A stretch of 64,000 nucleotides of DNA, taken from assembly GCA_965228855.1 (NCBI GenBank), contig CBDDIJ010000002.1, forward strand, positions 1,952,001 through 2,016,000, given 5' to 3'. Position numbers and translations under genes: made by a program. This document shows, piece by piece, positions 47,701-55,772 of this stretch. Below the pieces are notes generated by a model. It saw nothing but the letters and a program-made list of their open reading frames with translations. It did not search any database and was not told the DNA's origin. The stretch is from Candidatus Obscuribacterales bacterium (lineage in GTDB: Bacteria; Cyanobacteriota; Vampirovibrionia; Obscuribacterales; Obscuribacteraceae). Within the stretch, counting starts at the first letter, position 1. Every line of letters begins with the position of its first letter.

Positions 47701-50456
47701 CCGAGAAGATGGGCGGAGCAAGTTTCGAACAGGTCCAGAGCGCATATTATGGAAACACGGGTGATGCGGCAGCCACTATGGTGGCGCGTGGAAACTCCGA
47801 AATTCAGGGTCTGCAAGCCATGGGCATGTCGAATCAGCAAATTCAACAAGAAGCGGTTAGAAATGGCGATGCTTCGATTCTGGCTGCTCAGGCTGCGCAA
47901 TCGGCTCCGCAAGGCACTCTCGAACGTGCAATGCAAGGAGATACGGGGGCTCAGCGCGAGTTGCAGCAGGCAATAGGTTCCAATCCAACAATGCTGGAAG
48001 CCGCTTATAACGGTTCTTCTCACGCTCGAAGCGCAATTGAAAGCGCTTCCGGCGGTCAGGATGCTATGGTAATGGCCTCCGCATCCCACAATACGCAGGC
48101 GGTTCTCAGCCAGATGACCGGCGACCCGCGCGCCGTCGAACAAGCTTTGAGCGGTTCTCCTCAACAGAGAGAAGCATTCGTTCAACAGATGTCTTCGGAG
48201 CTTGGTGTGAGCCCGCGTGTTCTGAATGAAGCCGTAAGTGGTGGCAGTATGGAAGCCAGCACGGTTATGGCTAGAGCTGGACAGGTAGCTGAAGCCGGCG
48301 TCAGTGGCGGCGGCAACTACCAGCTCTCCGAGATGCAGACCCGACTTTCTGAAGGGCTGCAATCCGGCAGCGGGTTGATGATGGCTGCGCAAGCGTCGTA
48401 CTCTGCTGCCACGCATGGTGGTCAGGACACGCAGACGCTGTCATACGCGGCGTCGGGCAGTCAGTCACACGCGATGGCGGTGTCAGGAGCGGTCCAATCG
48501 AGCCAGGAGCTACGCTCCATGGGTTCGCCAGAAGCCAGCTCTGTGATTTCCGCAAGCTCAAGTGTTACGCACAGTGCCGGTGAGGCTTTGCAAAGTTATG
48601 CTTCTGCCAATCCGACCGCTGCGCTCCACGATGCTTCAGTGACCGCCCAGACTACTCTGCGAGACGCCGGCATCGATCCGCAGGCGGTGGTCAGTGGAGT
48701 CAGGAGTGGTGACAATACCGAGCTGACCAGGGCTGCCACCACATTCGGTGTCGCTCCGGACGTGGTGCAGGGCGCGCTCATGCGTGGTGATGCCGGAGAC
48801 GCGATGACATTGGTCGGAGCAGCGGGACGTAACACCCTGGCTCAGGGACCGGAAGCGGTCCAGTACGCTTCTCAGACTCAGTCCGGGCAGCTGGCCTTGC
48901 ACGTGGCTCAGAGCGTTCCTCAGGAGGTCCTCAGTTCTGCGATGTCCGGAAATGATGTCGCCCAGGCGCAGCTGGCTCGCTCTGTCGCGTCCGACCCGCA
49001 AGTGTTGGGCTCGGCTGCTGGAAACGAAGTTTCGCTTCGAGCCGTTGGTGCCACTCTCGGTGATGGCGCTTACGCGGCTGTCGCGGCTTCCAGCGCTGCC
49101 CAAGACATGGTTCGCATGCACCCGGATCAGAATCTGGTGCAAAGCGCACTTTATGGTCAGGGTGGTGAACAACAAGCGGCAATGGTTCACCTTGCGAGGG
49201 ACATGAATGTCGCTCCGCAGGTGTTAGCTAATTCACTTTCAGGTTCAAGCCAGGACCTGTCAGCGATGGTTTCGGCTTCATCCGCCGGACTGCATCGCTC
49301 ACAAGAAGCGACTCCGAGTTCTCCGTATTTCTCTGAACTATCAAGGACTTCCGGTGAGCAAGCTCCGATTGCGCAAGCCGTCCAGGCTGCAGGTTACGGA
49401 CAGAGCTACGAGGCTTCAACCCTTGCCGGTCAAGGTGTACCTGGGGCCATGGAGGCTGTACGTGCCACTATGGAGGTGAATCCGCAGTTGAGTCGCCTCG
49501 CAAGTGAGGGCAATCAGACGGCCAGCGCCATCATGACTGCCGCCTCGTCTGCCGGTCACTACGGTCCTAGCAGCTTTGCCGAGGTGGTGCGCGACGTAGG
49601 ATTGGCGGTGGGTGCCGGTGGCGCTATCATGAGCAACCTCCGTCCGTCCGACCCTGTCCACGGCATCCAGCCTCATCACCATCACATGGATAGAGGTGCC
49701 ATAAGCGGTTACGAGCAATTCGTATCGCGTCCGGAACCTCAACACTATTCACAGCCGCAACAATATTCGGAATATCGTGGCGGCGGCATGGAAGGTCGTG
49801 GTGGAATGGCGCAGGCTCATCCTCCGGACTCCTTGAGTCACGGAGGCAGCGCAATGCACTCACGCGATTCCGGCGCTACTCCGACGGCTCATCATATGGA
49901 GCCTGGTCCAAGTGCTCGCTACGTGGAGGGCACGTCAGGTCCAGCTCCAACGCCTCAGCACCGGGAGCCAGGATCCGGCTCGATTCCGACTGCTCATCAC
50001 GAGTCAGGCTCTGTCTATCGCTCGGAACCTGCCCCCGGAATGAGTTCTGCCGGACATCATCCGGAGCCGGGTCTGAGTGGACCGCCGCCAGGCGTTGAGC
50101 CCGGTATCGATCCTCGAGGTCAGTACATCGCAGAACAGCAGCGTGCTGAAAGCACTCCAGCTGTGGGCTGGTTCTCGGAAGGTCGCAAGGACGAAAGCGG
50201 AGCCAGCGGTTCCAAGCTCGGCAACGTCACTTCCGGCGCGACACCGATCCCGACAGGCGGAGCGCAGAACCGCTCCCTGACGCCTCAGGCGTGGGGTGGC
50301 GCACAAAATCGCAAAGCACAGGAGGAGAAGCTCGCCAGACAGCGCATAGCTGACCTGGAAGCTCAAGCTCGCCGTGCCAAGGCGGCTAACGACCAGGCTG
50401 AGTACGAGAAGATCAAGCGTAGTCTCGAACAGTTCGGTCATAAGTTGGATGACTAA
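44730..50456 (+). CDS. Giant (~1908 aa) VirB6/TrbL-like paralog with a repeat-rich tail
   Basis: Clear paralog of 41987..44716 (TFGYPVSDTQFQ, LYDPE, PFEGILRS, IDVSNSL, YLWCMGPIASALWVWP...AFGNW). Start is ATG 44730 or 44799; signal peptide ends QQAFA. Confidence 0.62.
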   Translation: MKNTEKKTAFDTPEPKANKENETMKTNSKAETLRPGLLALCLLLGAFMFSNVQQAFAAGPDSNPLTHWDTRYNYFLRFPAAAQHGIRHQYNPQGGHDVVENQRSMGPGMVTHSKSGQVYAWPVTIPTAESAVPTFRDEAIQENLFQTFGYPVSDTQFQVIERYNHNRFLEQLYDPEKAMWMSTSMAGVMANSAGNSAANMGVNQCVNAIDYVRQPLANFTAEAGNIWQRIRYELFIPMAVLLLLPGAVLAQVRSIVAQGSGVLGDVSPFEGILRSVIAIFLIPGSFLVINYGIDVSNSLTFTIADEYHRMFGSDMYEDAKCAIRRAMPINDPNSNRNAIEPPMEAPLVEHDVWSPYESWDIATRLYDPCVGVDESRLPDEDVNASMMINRLLFNTTLSSLGLTWNIYCAFQMVFLYYLWCMGPIASALWVWPINRLRSAFGNWVEGVVILCFWALFWNTSIFLLAAFKGIGDTGTVYTAALVFLCIQSVKYAFDFVSLVGSAADGASQMAKEAIGQLSPKSGGAGGGGGGGGGGAPSGGSRGGGGSRGGGGGGGGGSTPSAPSTTTNSTAGALSSGSPVGRSGLGANLSTMSPSPMPMPGAGSGGAGGGAGGPGGAPGGAAGAAGPEAGPDGGKGSGPPPGSGDGPGGGKGADGEGGSGTGAAAGAAAAAIGGLALGGGKGGDGGGGAPPMSSAAYSMSKSVTNVGGDVNSGDLSQLANRNQDNSLFNNTTGAPDGAAGPMGLPPMAGGDMLSNAAINQAGNALFGDGPTAGLDNKALTAAAMLSGPEAFMGGNSGMTGLPSAADRNPLAKDLALDQMHTSGSQHHVMANGIDASMAGNPQAELARATTQDLMKQSGIGDETLNRALAGDTNATQAIQDKLGVSPMTLELARGGDPGATALAMESSMRANGHVGALPPGEAQTQRDQLLHAAAVNNDPVAARELLARNGEHTVAAMSASQSVTQELQQAGVTQDQFRQALGGDANMQHMVSEKMGGASFEQVQSAYYGNTGDAAATMVARGNSEIQGLQAMGMSNQQIQQEAVRNGDASILAAQAAQSAPQGTLERAMQGDTGAQRELQQAIGSNPTMLEAAYNGSSHARSAIESASGGQDAMVMASASHNTQAVLSQMTGDPRAVEQALSGSPQQREAFVQQMSSELGVSPRVLNEAVSGGSMEASTVMARAGQVAEAGVSGGGNYQLSEMQTRLSEGLQSGSGLMMAAQASYSAATHGGQDTQTLSYAASGSQSHAMAVSGAVQSSQELRSMGSPEASSVISASSSVTHSAGEALQSYASANPTAALHDASVTAQTTLRDAGIDPQAVVSGVRSGDNTELTRAATTFGVAPDVVQGALMRGDAGDAMTLVGAAGRNTLAQGPEAVQYASQTQSGQLALHVAQSVPQEVLSSAMSGNDVAQAQLARSVASDPQVLGSAAGNEVSLRAVGATLGDGAYAAVAASSAAQDMVRMHPDQNLVQSALYGQGGEQQAAMVHLARDMNVAPQVLANSLSGSSQDLSAMVSASSAGLHRSQEATPSSPYFSELSRTSGEQAPIAQAVQAAGYGQSYEASTLAGQGVPGAMEAVRATMEVNPQLSRLASEGNQTASAIMTAASSAGHYGPSSFAEVVRDVGLAVGAGGAIMSNLRPSDPVHGIQPHHHHMDRGAISGYEQFVSRPEPQHYSQPQQYSEYRGGGMEGRGGMAQAHPPDSLSHGGSAMHSRDSGATPTAHHMEPGPSARYVEGTSGPAPTPQHREPGSGSIPTAHHESGSVYRSEPAPGMSSAGHHPEPGLSGPPPGVEPGIDPRGQYIAEQQRAESTPAVGWFSEGRKDESGASGSKLGNVTSGATPIPTGGAQNRSLTPQAWGGAQNRKAQEEKLARQRIADLEAQARRAKAANDQAEYEKIKRSLEQFGHKLDD
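47271..49535 (+). repeat. Degenerate protein-level helical repeats in the giant VirB6-like protein
   Basis: Recurring pattern L-x-x-A-L-x-G-D...LGVxP-x-x-L (TLNRALAGD...LGVSPMTL; QFRQALGGD; TLERAMQGD...IGSNPTML; AVEQALSGS...LGVSPRVL; FGVAPDVV; VLSSAMSGN; LVQSALYG...MNVAPQVL). Confidence 0.65.
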
Positions 50457-50480
50457 TCGTCATTCTGATAAATCCGCGGG

Positions 50481-50516
50481 TCTAGACCGGTAATTAAGTA
50501 GCAATCCCGGTCTAGA
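50481..50516. repeat. Intergenic inverted repeat
   Basis: TCTAGACCGG-N16-CCGGTCTAGA with perfect 10 bp arms. Confidence 0.7.
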
Positions 50517-50650
50517 TCGCGTAACATGAACTTATTGACAACTCCCGGAGGGCTTCCACGGCTATCGAGAAAAATTAGAATCAAACTTCACTGCTCAGAT
50601 TGGCATAATATCTGTGCGGGGCACATGTCCGGGTTCTTCAAGGAGACCAA

Positions 50651-51268
50651 ATGCATCTAGCGGACGTAGGAGTTAAGTGCCACAACTGTGGAGTTGTATT
50701 CAACACGAAACAAATTCCGCTCATCGTCGACACGGGAAATAGAAACAGCGAACTCAGGCTCTTCATCGGGGGCTCTAATGAGAATTTCGAGCAGTATGCT
50801 GTCTGCACCTGTCCGTCGTGCGGGCTTGCTGATTGGGCGACGGCCTTCAGGAAGTCCGACGAACCATCCGTGTTGAGTCAAGCAAACTCTACTCCTCATC
50901 TACAGTTTCGTTGGGCTGCATTGGCGGCTGAGCGAGGTGGGAAGAGCTTCTACGCTATTGGTTTACTGTACCTCTATGCCGCCTGGTGCGCCGACGACAT
51001 CAATGCCATTCCTCAAGCCCGAGAATATCGAAAACTGGCTATCGACGCCTTCGCAAAATCGCTTACGGACGGTTCCTGTCCTCATGCTCAGCGAGCGGAG
51101 ATTGAGTATTTGATAGGTGAGTTACTGAGACGAGCCGGAGATTTTTTGAACGCAGTCGAGTACATGAAGGAGGTCGCGCCGCGCTTGCCGGCTAAATATG
51201 CCATGATGGCGCGCAAGGTTATGCGAATGAGTCAGGAAGGTCGCCTTGACCCAATCGAATTCAACTGA
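50651..51268 (+). CDS. DUF2225-like zinc-ribbon plus TPR-like protein
   Basis: CHNCG...F, YAVCTCPSCG, LYAAW and YLIGELLRRAGDFLNA; AAGGAG RBS. Confidence 0.75.
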   Translation: MHLADVGVKCHNCGVVFNTKQIPLIVDTGNRNSELRLFIGGSNENFEQYAVCTCPSCGLADWATAFRKSDEPSVLSQANSTPHLQFRWAALAAERGGKSFYAIGLLYLYAAWCADDINAIPQAREYRKLAIDAFAKSLTDGSCPHAQRAEIEYLIGELLRRAGDFLNAVEYMKEVAPRLPAKYAMMARKVMRMSQEGRLDPIEFN

Positions 51269-51297
51269 CGTGAATGAAGCCAAGTGAGGTCCAATAA

Positions 51298-51681
51298 ATG
51301 TCGCAAGTTCATCGCGTAATAAATTTGAGGGAGCCTTTCAAGCTCTTCGGCATGACGCTGCATCAGATAGGCTGGTTGGCTCTCGGCGTGATCCTGGCCT
51401 TTGCGGTCGGTTCTCGAGTTCCTGGCGAATGGAAAATGGGAAATGTGCCGGCTGGTATAGTTTTAGGCATCGTGATTGTCGGTGTCGCCATTGTTGCCGG
51501 CGGTTTTACCGAATTAAAACCGATGGTTTGGTGGCGAAATATGTTTATGTACAGGCTGGGATTGGTGCCAAAATTGTACATTCCAAAAGCGGAAATGGGG
51601 CGTGTGTATCCAGATCCGACGATTACCGAACGCTCTGACGCGGAAGAATTCTATGTGGAGAGAGAAGGGCGGATGGACTAA
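51298..51681 (+). CDS. PrgI/VirB3-like small membrane protein
   Basis: LREPFKLFGMTLHQIGWL, two TM helices and PKLY, directly upstream of VirB4. Confidence 0.65.
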   Translation: MSQVHRVINLREPFKLFGMTLHQIGWLALGVILAFAVGSRVPGEWKMGNVPAGIVLGIVIVGVAIVAGGFTELKPMVWWRNMFMYRLGLVPKLYIPKAEMGRVYPDPTITERSDAEEFYVEREGRMD

Positions 51682-51757
51682 CTGGGGTTAGAACGGTTGA
51701 TCTAACTCGAATTTTCGGATTACACTGAGAATCAGTACAGGAACAGGTTTTTACTGG

Positions 51758-54532
51758 ATGTCGAGAAGCGCAAGACAATCGCCGACCCGCGGAGTATCTA
51801 GCTCCCGGAGATTGGAGCGGTCCAGCGCGCAGAAAAAATCGCGTCGAGGACGCGATGAAGAGCAATCTCAGGGGAATAGCGGGCGGCTAATTCCAACGAC
51901 ATCATCGCCGTCACTTCAGAACATATTTGCCGGTTTTTACAATCAGCTGCCAGCGATGCTTCGCGACTCTCTGCCATTTGGAGAAACCAACGGTGGCGGC
52001 GGCGGAGATGACGGTGACGACGGACCGCCCAAAGACAAACGCGGTGAGGCAAGCTGGCAGGATGTTTGTTTTTTGCATTCGATTCCTGGCGAGGACGAGG
52101 AAGAAGGTCTTGTAGTACTCGCCGATGGCAGTATGCGCAAATATCTCGCCGTGAAAGGCATCAACGTTCTGCTGTTCGATGACGCCGACCGTGAGCTGAT
52201 GGCGCGGCAGTTCTCCAATTTCATCAACTCATGCGAAAGCGATATTCAAATCATCATAAAATCTCGTCACTTGTCAGTCGACGAGTACCTGTCCAGGTAC
52301 CAGAAAACAATTATCAGCGACAACGAGTACTTGAAATGGTACGCCGACTACACCGATAAATGGTTCCGCCGGATTCAGGATGTATCGTTCGTCCCGCAGC
52401 GCGATTTCTACGTCGTAATCAGCTATCAGCCTCCGGACTGCAAGAGCGGTCAGGTCTGGAGCGGAAGACGGTCTATACAGAAGCACGAGGAGTATCTGGA
52501 CACGTTGAACCGTCTTCTGAAGACGGCTTTTGAGCAATTGCGTCAAGGTAACTTGCGTCCGAGAATTCTTACGCGTAAAGAAGTGCGTAATTTGATTTAC
52601 TCGGATTTGAACCCGTCGCTGGCACACCGGGACCCGGAAGCGCCGCCATCGCATCCTCAGTTGTCGGAAGCGTCTTGCCTCGCCGGAAGCGCGCTCAAAG
52701 TTCAAAACGAATATCTCTGGCTCGATGGAAAGTACATCGGCACTCAGTACATGTTCCAATTGCCGCACGATACCTGGATGGGATGGCTTGTAGACCTACT
52801 CACTCTAGGTGTCGAGTATACGATGTCGGTTTTCATTCACCAGTGCAATCAGGACAAAGTACGAGCGGATTTGAAGCGCAAATATCACCTGGGCATGGTG
52901 ACCAGTACGCAGCTTGCTACTCCTGACCTGGAGGGGCTGGAAGGCACGAGGCGAGCCGCGGCCGCTATTCAGGAATTCTTGCGCAGTTCCAATAAAGCAT
53001 TCGATTGCAGTCTCTATATTTCCAGCCAGTGTGATACCGCTGAGCAGCTCAATCACAACATGGACGAGATTCGTCGCGTGTTTAAAAACCGTGGCGCGAA
53101 CATGGACCGCGGTCAATTGCTGCAGCTCGATGCCTGGCAATCAACGCTTGCTGTGGGCGTCGACAAGCTCGCGATTATTCACCGTGTCATGTCGCCGATT
53201 GTGGGGACGATGTGGCCTTTCTTCACAGCCTCCTGCGGAACACCTGATGGGGTGCCGTTCGGCTTCGCTCTGACTTCTCGGGAGCCGGTTCTGCTCAACC
53301 CGTTCTTCCGAGGTGCGGGCAAAGACGCTAACAATATGTTCGTTGTGGGAACGACCGGTGCGGGTAAATCTTTCGCCGTGTCCATGATGATTCTCAGGCT
53401 ACTACCTATGGGCGTACGGTTCGTTTTAATAGACAAAACCGTAGACAAATTTGGTGCCTATCGGTTTATCACAGAACTTTTGGGTCCCGATCTATGTGCT
53501 TATGTAGACCTGGGTCCGAACTCAGGTTTTATGCTCAATCCGTTTGATCTTGGACCAGACGATCAGCTCAAAGGCGAGCCATCGCACGACAAAATTTCCA
53601 GTTTGCTTACTCTTCTCGACCTGATGCTGGCGCCCGAGGGCAGCGAGGAATTGAGCGTTCAAGAGAAGTCTCTTCTGGACGGTTTGATTCGCCTCTGTTA
53701 TATGGAGGCACAGCTGTCCGGCAAAGTTCCAACGATGTCCGACCTTGCAAGAGTGACAGCTCAGGCTGCTACGACGGAAGTCGATAACGTTCAACGTGAT
53801 CGCCTCGCGACCTTTGCTCGCGGTTTAAACCTGTTTACCAGAACCGGTGCATTCGGCGGTCTCGTGGATGGTCACACGAACATTGACACCGAAAAATTGT
53901 TCATCGTATTTGATACCAGAGAAGTTAACGAGCCTCGTCTGGAAAGAATCGCGGTCTTCATTCTGGCTGATTTCATCAGGCGTCGTGCTGCTGAATCGAA
54001 AGAACGCATGGTGCGTTTTGCCGCGATCATAGACGAAGCTTCGACCTTGATGCGATTCAAAGCCGGGGCGCGTCTATTGGATGACTTGTCGAGACGAGCT
54101 CGTCACTATGGGATGATGCTGGTTTCCATCACTCAGCAGTTGAAGGACTTTTTCCGGCAATCGGAGCAGGCCGATTCAGTCGTGAAAAACGCGCACATGA
54201 AAATTTTGCTGCGACAAGATCCGTCTGATTTGAAACTACTCAAAGAAGTGCTCCGGCTGCGGGATGCCGAAGTGCTTGCCATCGAAGCTTTTTCCAAAGA
54301 CGAAGAGAAGCGGAAGGAGTCTCAAGCCCTTCTAATCGTCGGCGCTGTTCACGGAACGATCCGGTTGGTGCCCTCTCCTATGGACTACTGGATCTGTACA
54401 TCGGAGCCAATCAGGGACATTCCACGACGACTGAAAATGATTCAGGAGGTTAAGGCTAAGAATCCCAAGTTAAGTCACACCGACGCGTGTCGACAAGCCG
54501 TCTATTATCTCGGCTTGCAGCACGACGGTTAG
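51758..54532 (+). CDS. virB4: VirB4/TraC-family type IV secretion ATPase
   Basis: NNMFVVGTTGAGKSF (Walker A), VLID, LNPFD, AIIDEA (Walker B), RRARHYG, SITQ and ILLRQ. Confidence 0.88.
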   Translation: MSRSARQSPTRGVSSSRRLERSSAQKKSRRGRDEEQSQGNSGRLIPTTSSPSLQNIFAGFYNQLPAMLRDSLPFGETNGGGGGDDGDDGPPKDKRGEASWQDVCFLHSIPGEDEEEGLVVLADGSMRKYLAVKGINVLLFDDADRELMARQFSNFINSCESDIQIIIKSRHLSVDEYLSRYQKTIISDNEYLKWYADYTDKWFRRIQDVSFVPQRDFYVVISYQPPDCKSGQVWSGRRSIQKHEEYLDTLNRLLKTAFEQLRQGNLRPRILTRKEVRNLIYSDLNPSLAHRDPEAPPSHPQLSEASCLAGSALKVQNEYLWLDGKYIGTQYMFQLPHDTWMGWLVDLLTLGVEYTMSVFIHQCNQDKVRADLKRKYHLGMVTSTQLATPDLEGLEGTRRAAAAIQEFLRSSNKAFDCSLYISSQCDTAEQLNHNMDEIRRVFKNRGANMDRGQLLQLDAWQSTLAVGVDKLAIIHRVMSPIVGTMWPFFTASCGTPDGVPFGFALTSREPVLLNPFFRGAGKDANNMFVVGTTGAGKSFAVSMMILRLLPMGVRFVLIDKTVDKFGAYRFITELLGPDLCAYVDLGPNSGFMLNPFDLGPDDQLKGEPSHDKISSLLTLLDLMLAPEGSEELSVQEKSLLDGLIRLCYMEAQLSGKVPTMSDLARVTAQAATTEVDNVQRDRLATFARGLNLFTRTGAFGGLVDGHTNIDTEKLFIVFDTREVNEPRLERIAVFILADFIRRRAAESKERMVRFAAIIDEASTLMRFKAGARLLDDLSRRARHYGMMLVSITQQLKDFFRQSEQADSVVKNAHMKILLRQDPSDLKLLKEVLRLRDAEVLAIEAFSKDEEKRKESQALLIVGAVHGTIRLVPSPMDYWICTSEPIRDIPRRLKMIQEVKAKNPKLSHTDACRQAVYYLGLQHDG

Positions 54533-54563
54533 TGCAACAGCCAACTAGAGGAGAGACGATCAG

Positions 54564-54779
54564 ATGATAGACAGAGAATCGTTACGCCACGTTATGGCTG
54601 CGATTATCGTTGCAGAAGAGTTGCGGGTTCCAAGTATTCGCAGCGGCGATCAGCACTTGATTGACGACCTGCTGCGCAAACAGTTTGCGCCAATGGTTCA
54701 GAACACTTACATCATCGTCGATCTCATGTTTGAAATTGCTGAGTGGCAAGCCAATCAGCGTCAGTCTCGAAACGAATAG
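54564..54779 (+). CDS. Small hypothetical protein
   Basis: 71 aa, GAGGAG upstream; fills the gap between VirB4 and the next co-oriented gene. Confidence 0.55.
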   Translation: MIDRESLRHVMAAIIVAEELRVPSIRSGDQHLIDDLLRKQFAPMVQNTYIIVDLMFEIAEWQANQRQSRNE

Positions 54780-54789
54780 ACGCCTTTTC

Positions 54790-55155
54790 ATGGAAAAAAT
54801 CTTTACTCCAAACAAATGGTTCGTGGGGTTTTGCGCCCTTCTGATCGTTGTTGTGGCGACTCTTAAATTTGTTGGTGACATGCACCTTGCTGAACTCGCA
54901 AGCGAAGTCGGAAAAGATGTTTTTATCTGGGAGTGGCCCTCGATGGGACTTAGCTCAAGATGTATGTCCATGAAATCGCACGTGCTCCGAAGAGACGCTA
55001 ACGACGCGGTCGTTGAAGTGTCGGGTCGTCAGATCATTGCTAAACTTGGACAAGATAATAAAATGAAAGAGGAAGAGCAACCAGAAGCAAAGGCCGTTCT
55101 GACGTTTTACCGCCGCAGTAACAAGTGGGAATTAGGCAAGGTGGAGCTGAAATAG
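54790..55155 (+). CDS. Single-pass membrane protein with a possible NTF2-like domain
   Basis: ATG 54790, N-terminal TM, then strands AVVEVSG...AVLTFYRRSNKWELGKV. Confidence 0.6.
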   Translation: MEKIFTPNKWFVGFCALLIVVVATLKFVGDMHLAELASEVGKDVFIWEWPSMGLSSRCMSMKSHVLRRDANDAVVEVSGRQIIAKLGQDNKMKEEEQPEAKAVLTFYRRSNKWELGKVELK

Positions 55156-55731
55156 ATGTACTGGAAAGTAAGAAAAGTATCGCCTGAACAATTGATGCGT
55201 CAATACGGAGTCCACATCCTCCTCGCCTGCAGTCTGGTGGGCAATTTCATGCTGTTCATCACGCGTCCCAAAAAAGAGGTCGTGACGAAGGAGCAGAAAA
55301 ACGATTTCGGCAACTTTGCCAAGCAAGTCACCACGCACCTCCTTGATACCAGTTACATAAACTACATCGAGTCGACCGCGCGGCTGCAATCAGAGTTGTC
55401 TGATTCTGTGAAGCAAAGACTGCGTGCTGATGGAATTTTGCCGGCAACGGACCAGGATTTAAAGGCTAACCATATGGAATTCAGCAAGGCACGCCGCGTT
55501 TGTGCGATGCAGTTCAAGCAGGTCGACGTCAAAGATCCGAACCAGAACGGCATGATTCCTGTTGAAGTTCAAGGTGTGGTGGCAGTCCATTCCGCCGATG
55601 AATCGGCTCAACAACCGTTCCACTTAGCCTACATGGTGGGTCTACGCAAAGGCGAGCCACCCACGCCGGTTGTCGTAAGCATGCAAGATCTGCCTCCCGC
55701 GCCTGTCGTTGAAAACGCACCACAACAATAG
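55156..55731 (+). CDS. Single-pass VirB8/DotI/TraE-like protein
   Basis: N-terminal TM; helices FAKQVTTHLLDTSYINY...LQSEL; strands VEVQGVV...FHLAYMV; last gene of the VirB4 unit. Confidence 0.5.
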   Translation: MYWKVRKVSPEQLMRQYGVHILLACSLVGNFMLFITRPKKEVVTKEQKNDFGNFAKQVTTHLLDTSYINYIESTARLQSELSDSVKQRLRADGILPATDQDLKANHMEFSKARRVCAMQFKQVDVKDPNQNGMIPVEVQGVVAVHSADESAQQPFHLAYMVGLRKGEPPTPVVVSMQDLPPAPVVENAPQQ

Positions 55732-55772
55732 TGCTTTGCGTTTCTACTAAATAAGACTGCTGTAGGGTGTTC

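Noticed and set aside
38089..55731. Calling the cluster an integrative conjugative element
   Set aside because: No integrase, relaxase, coupling protein, tRNA target or flanking direct repeat was seen, and the flanks are ordinary chromosomal genes. Trans-acting genes elsewhere cannot be excluded.
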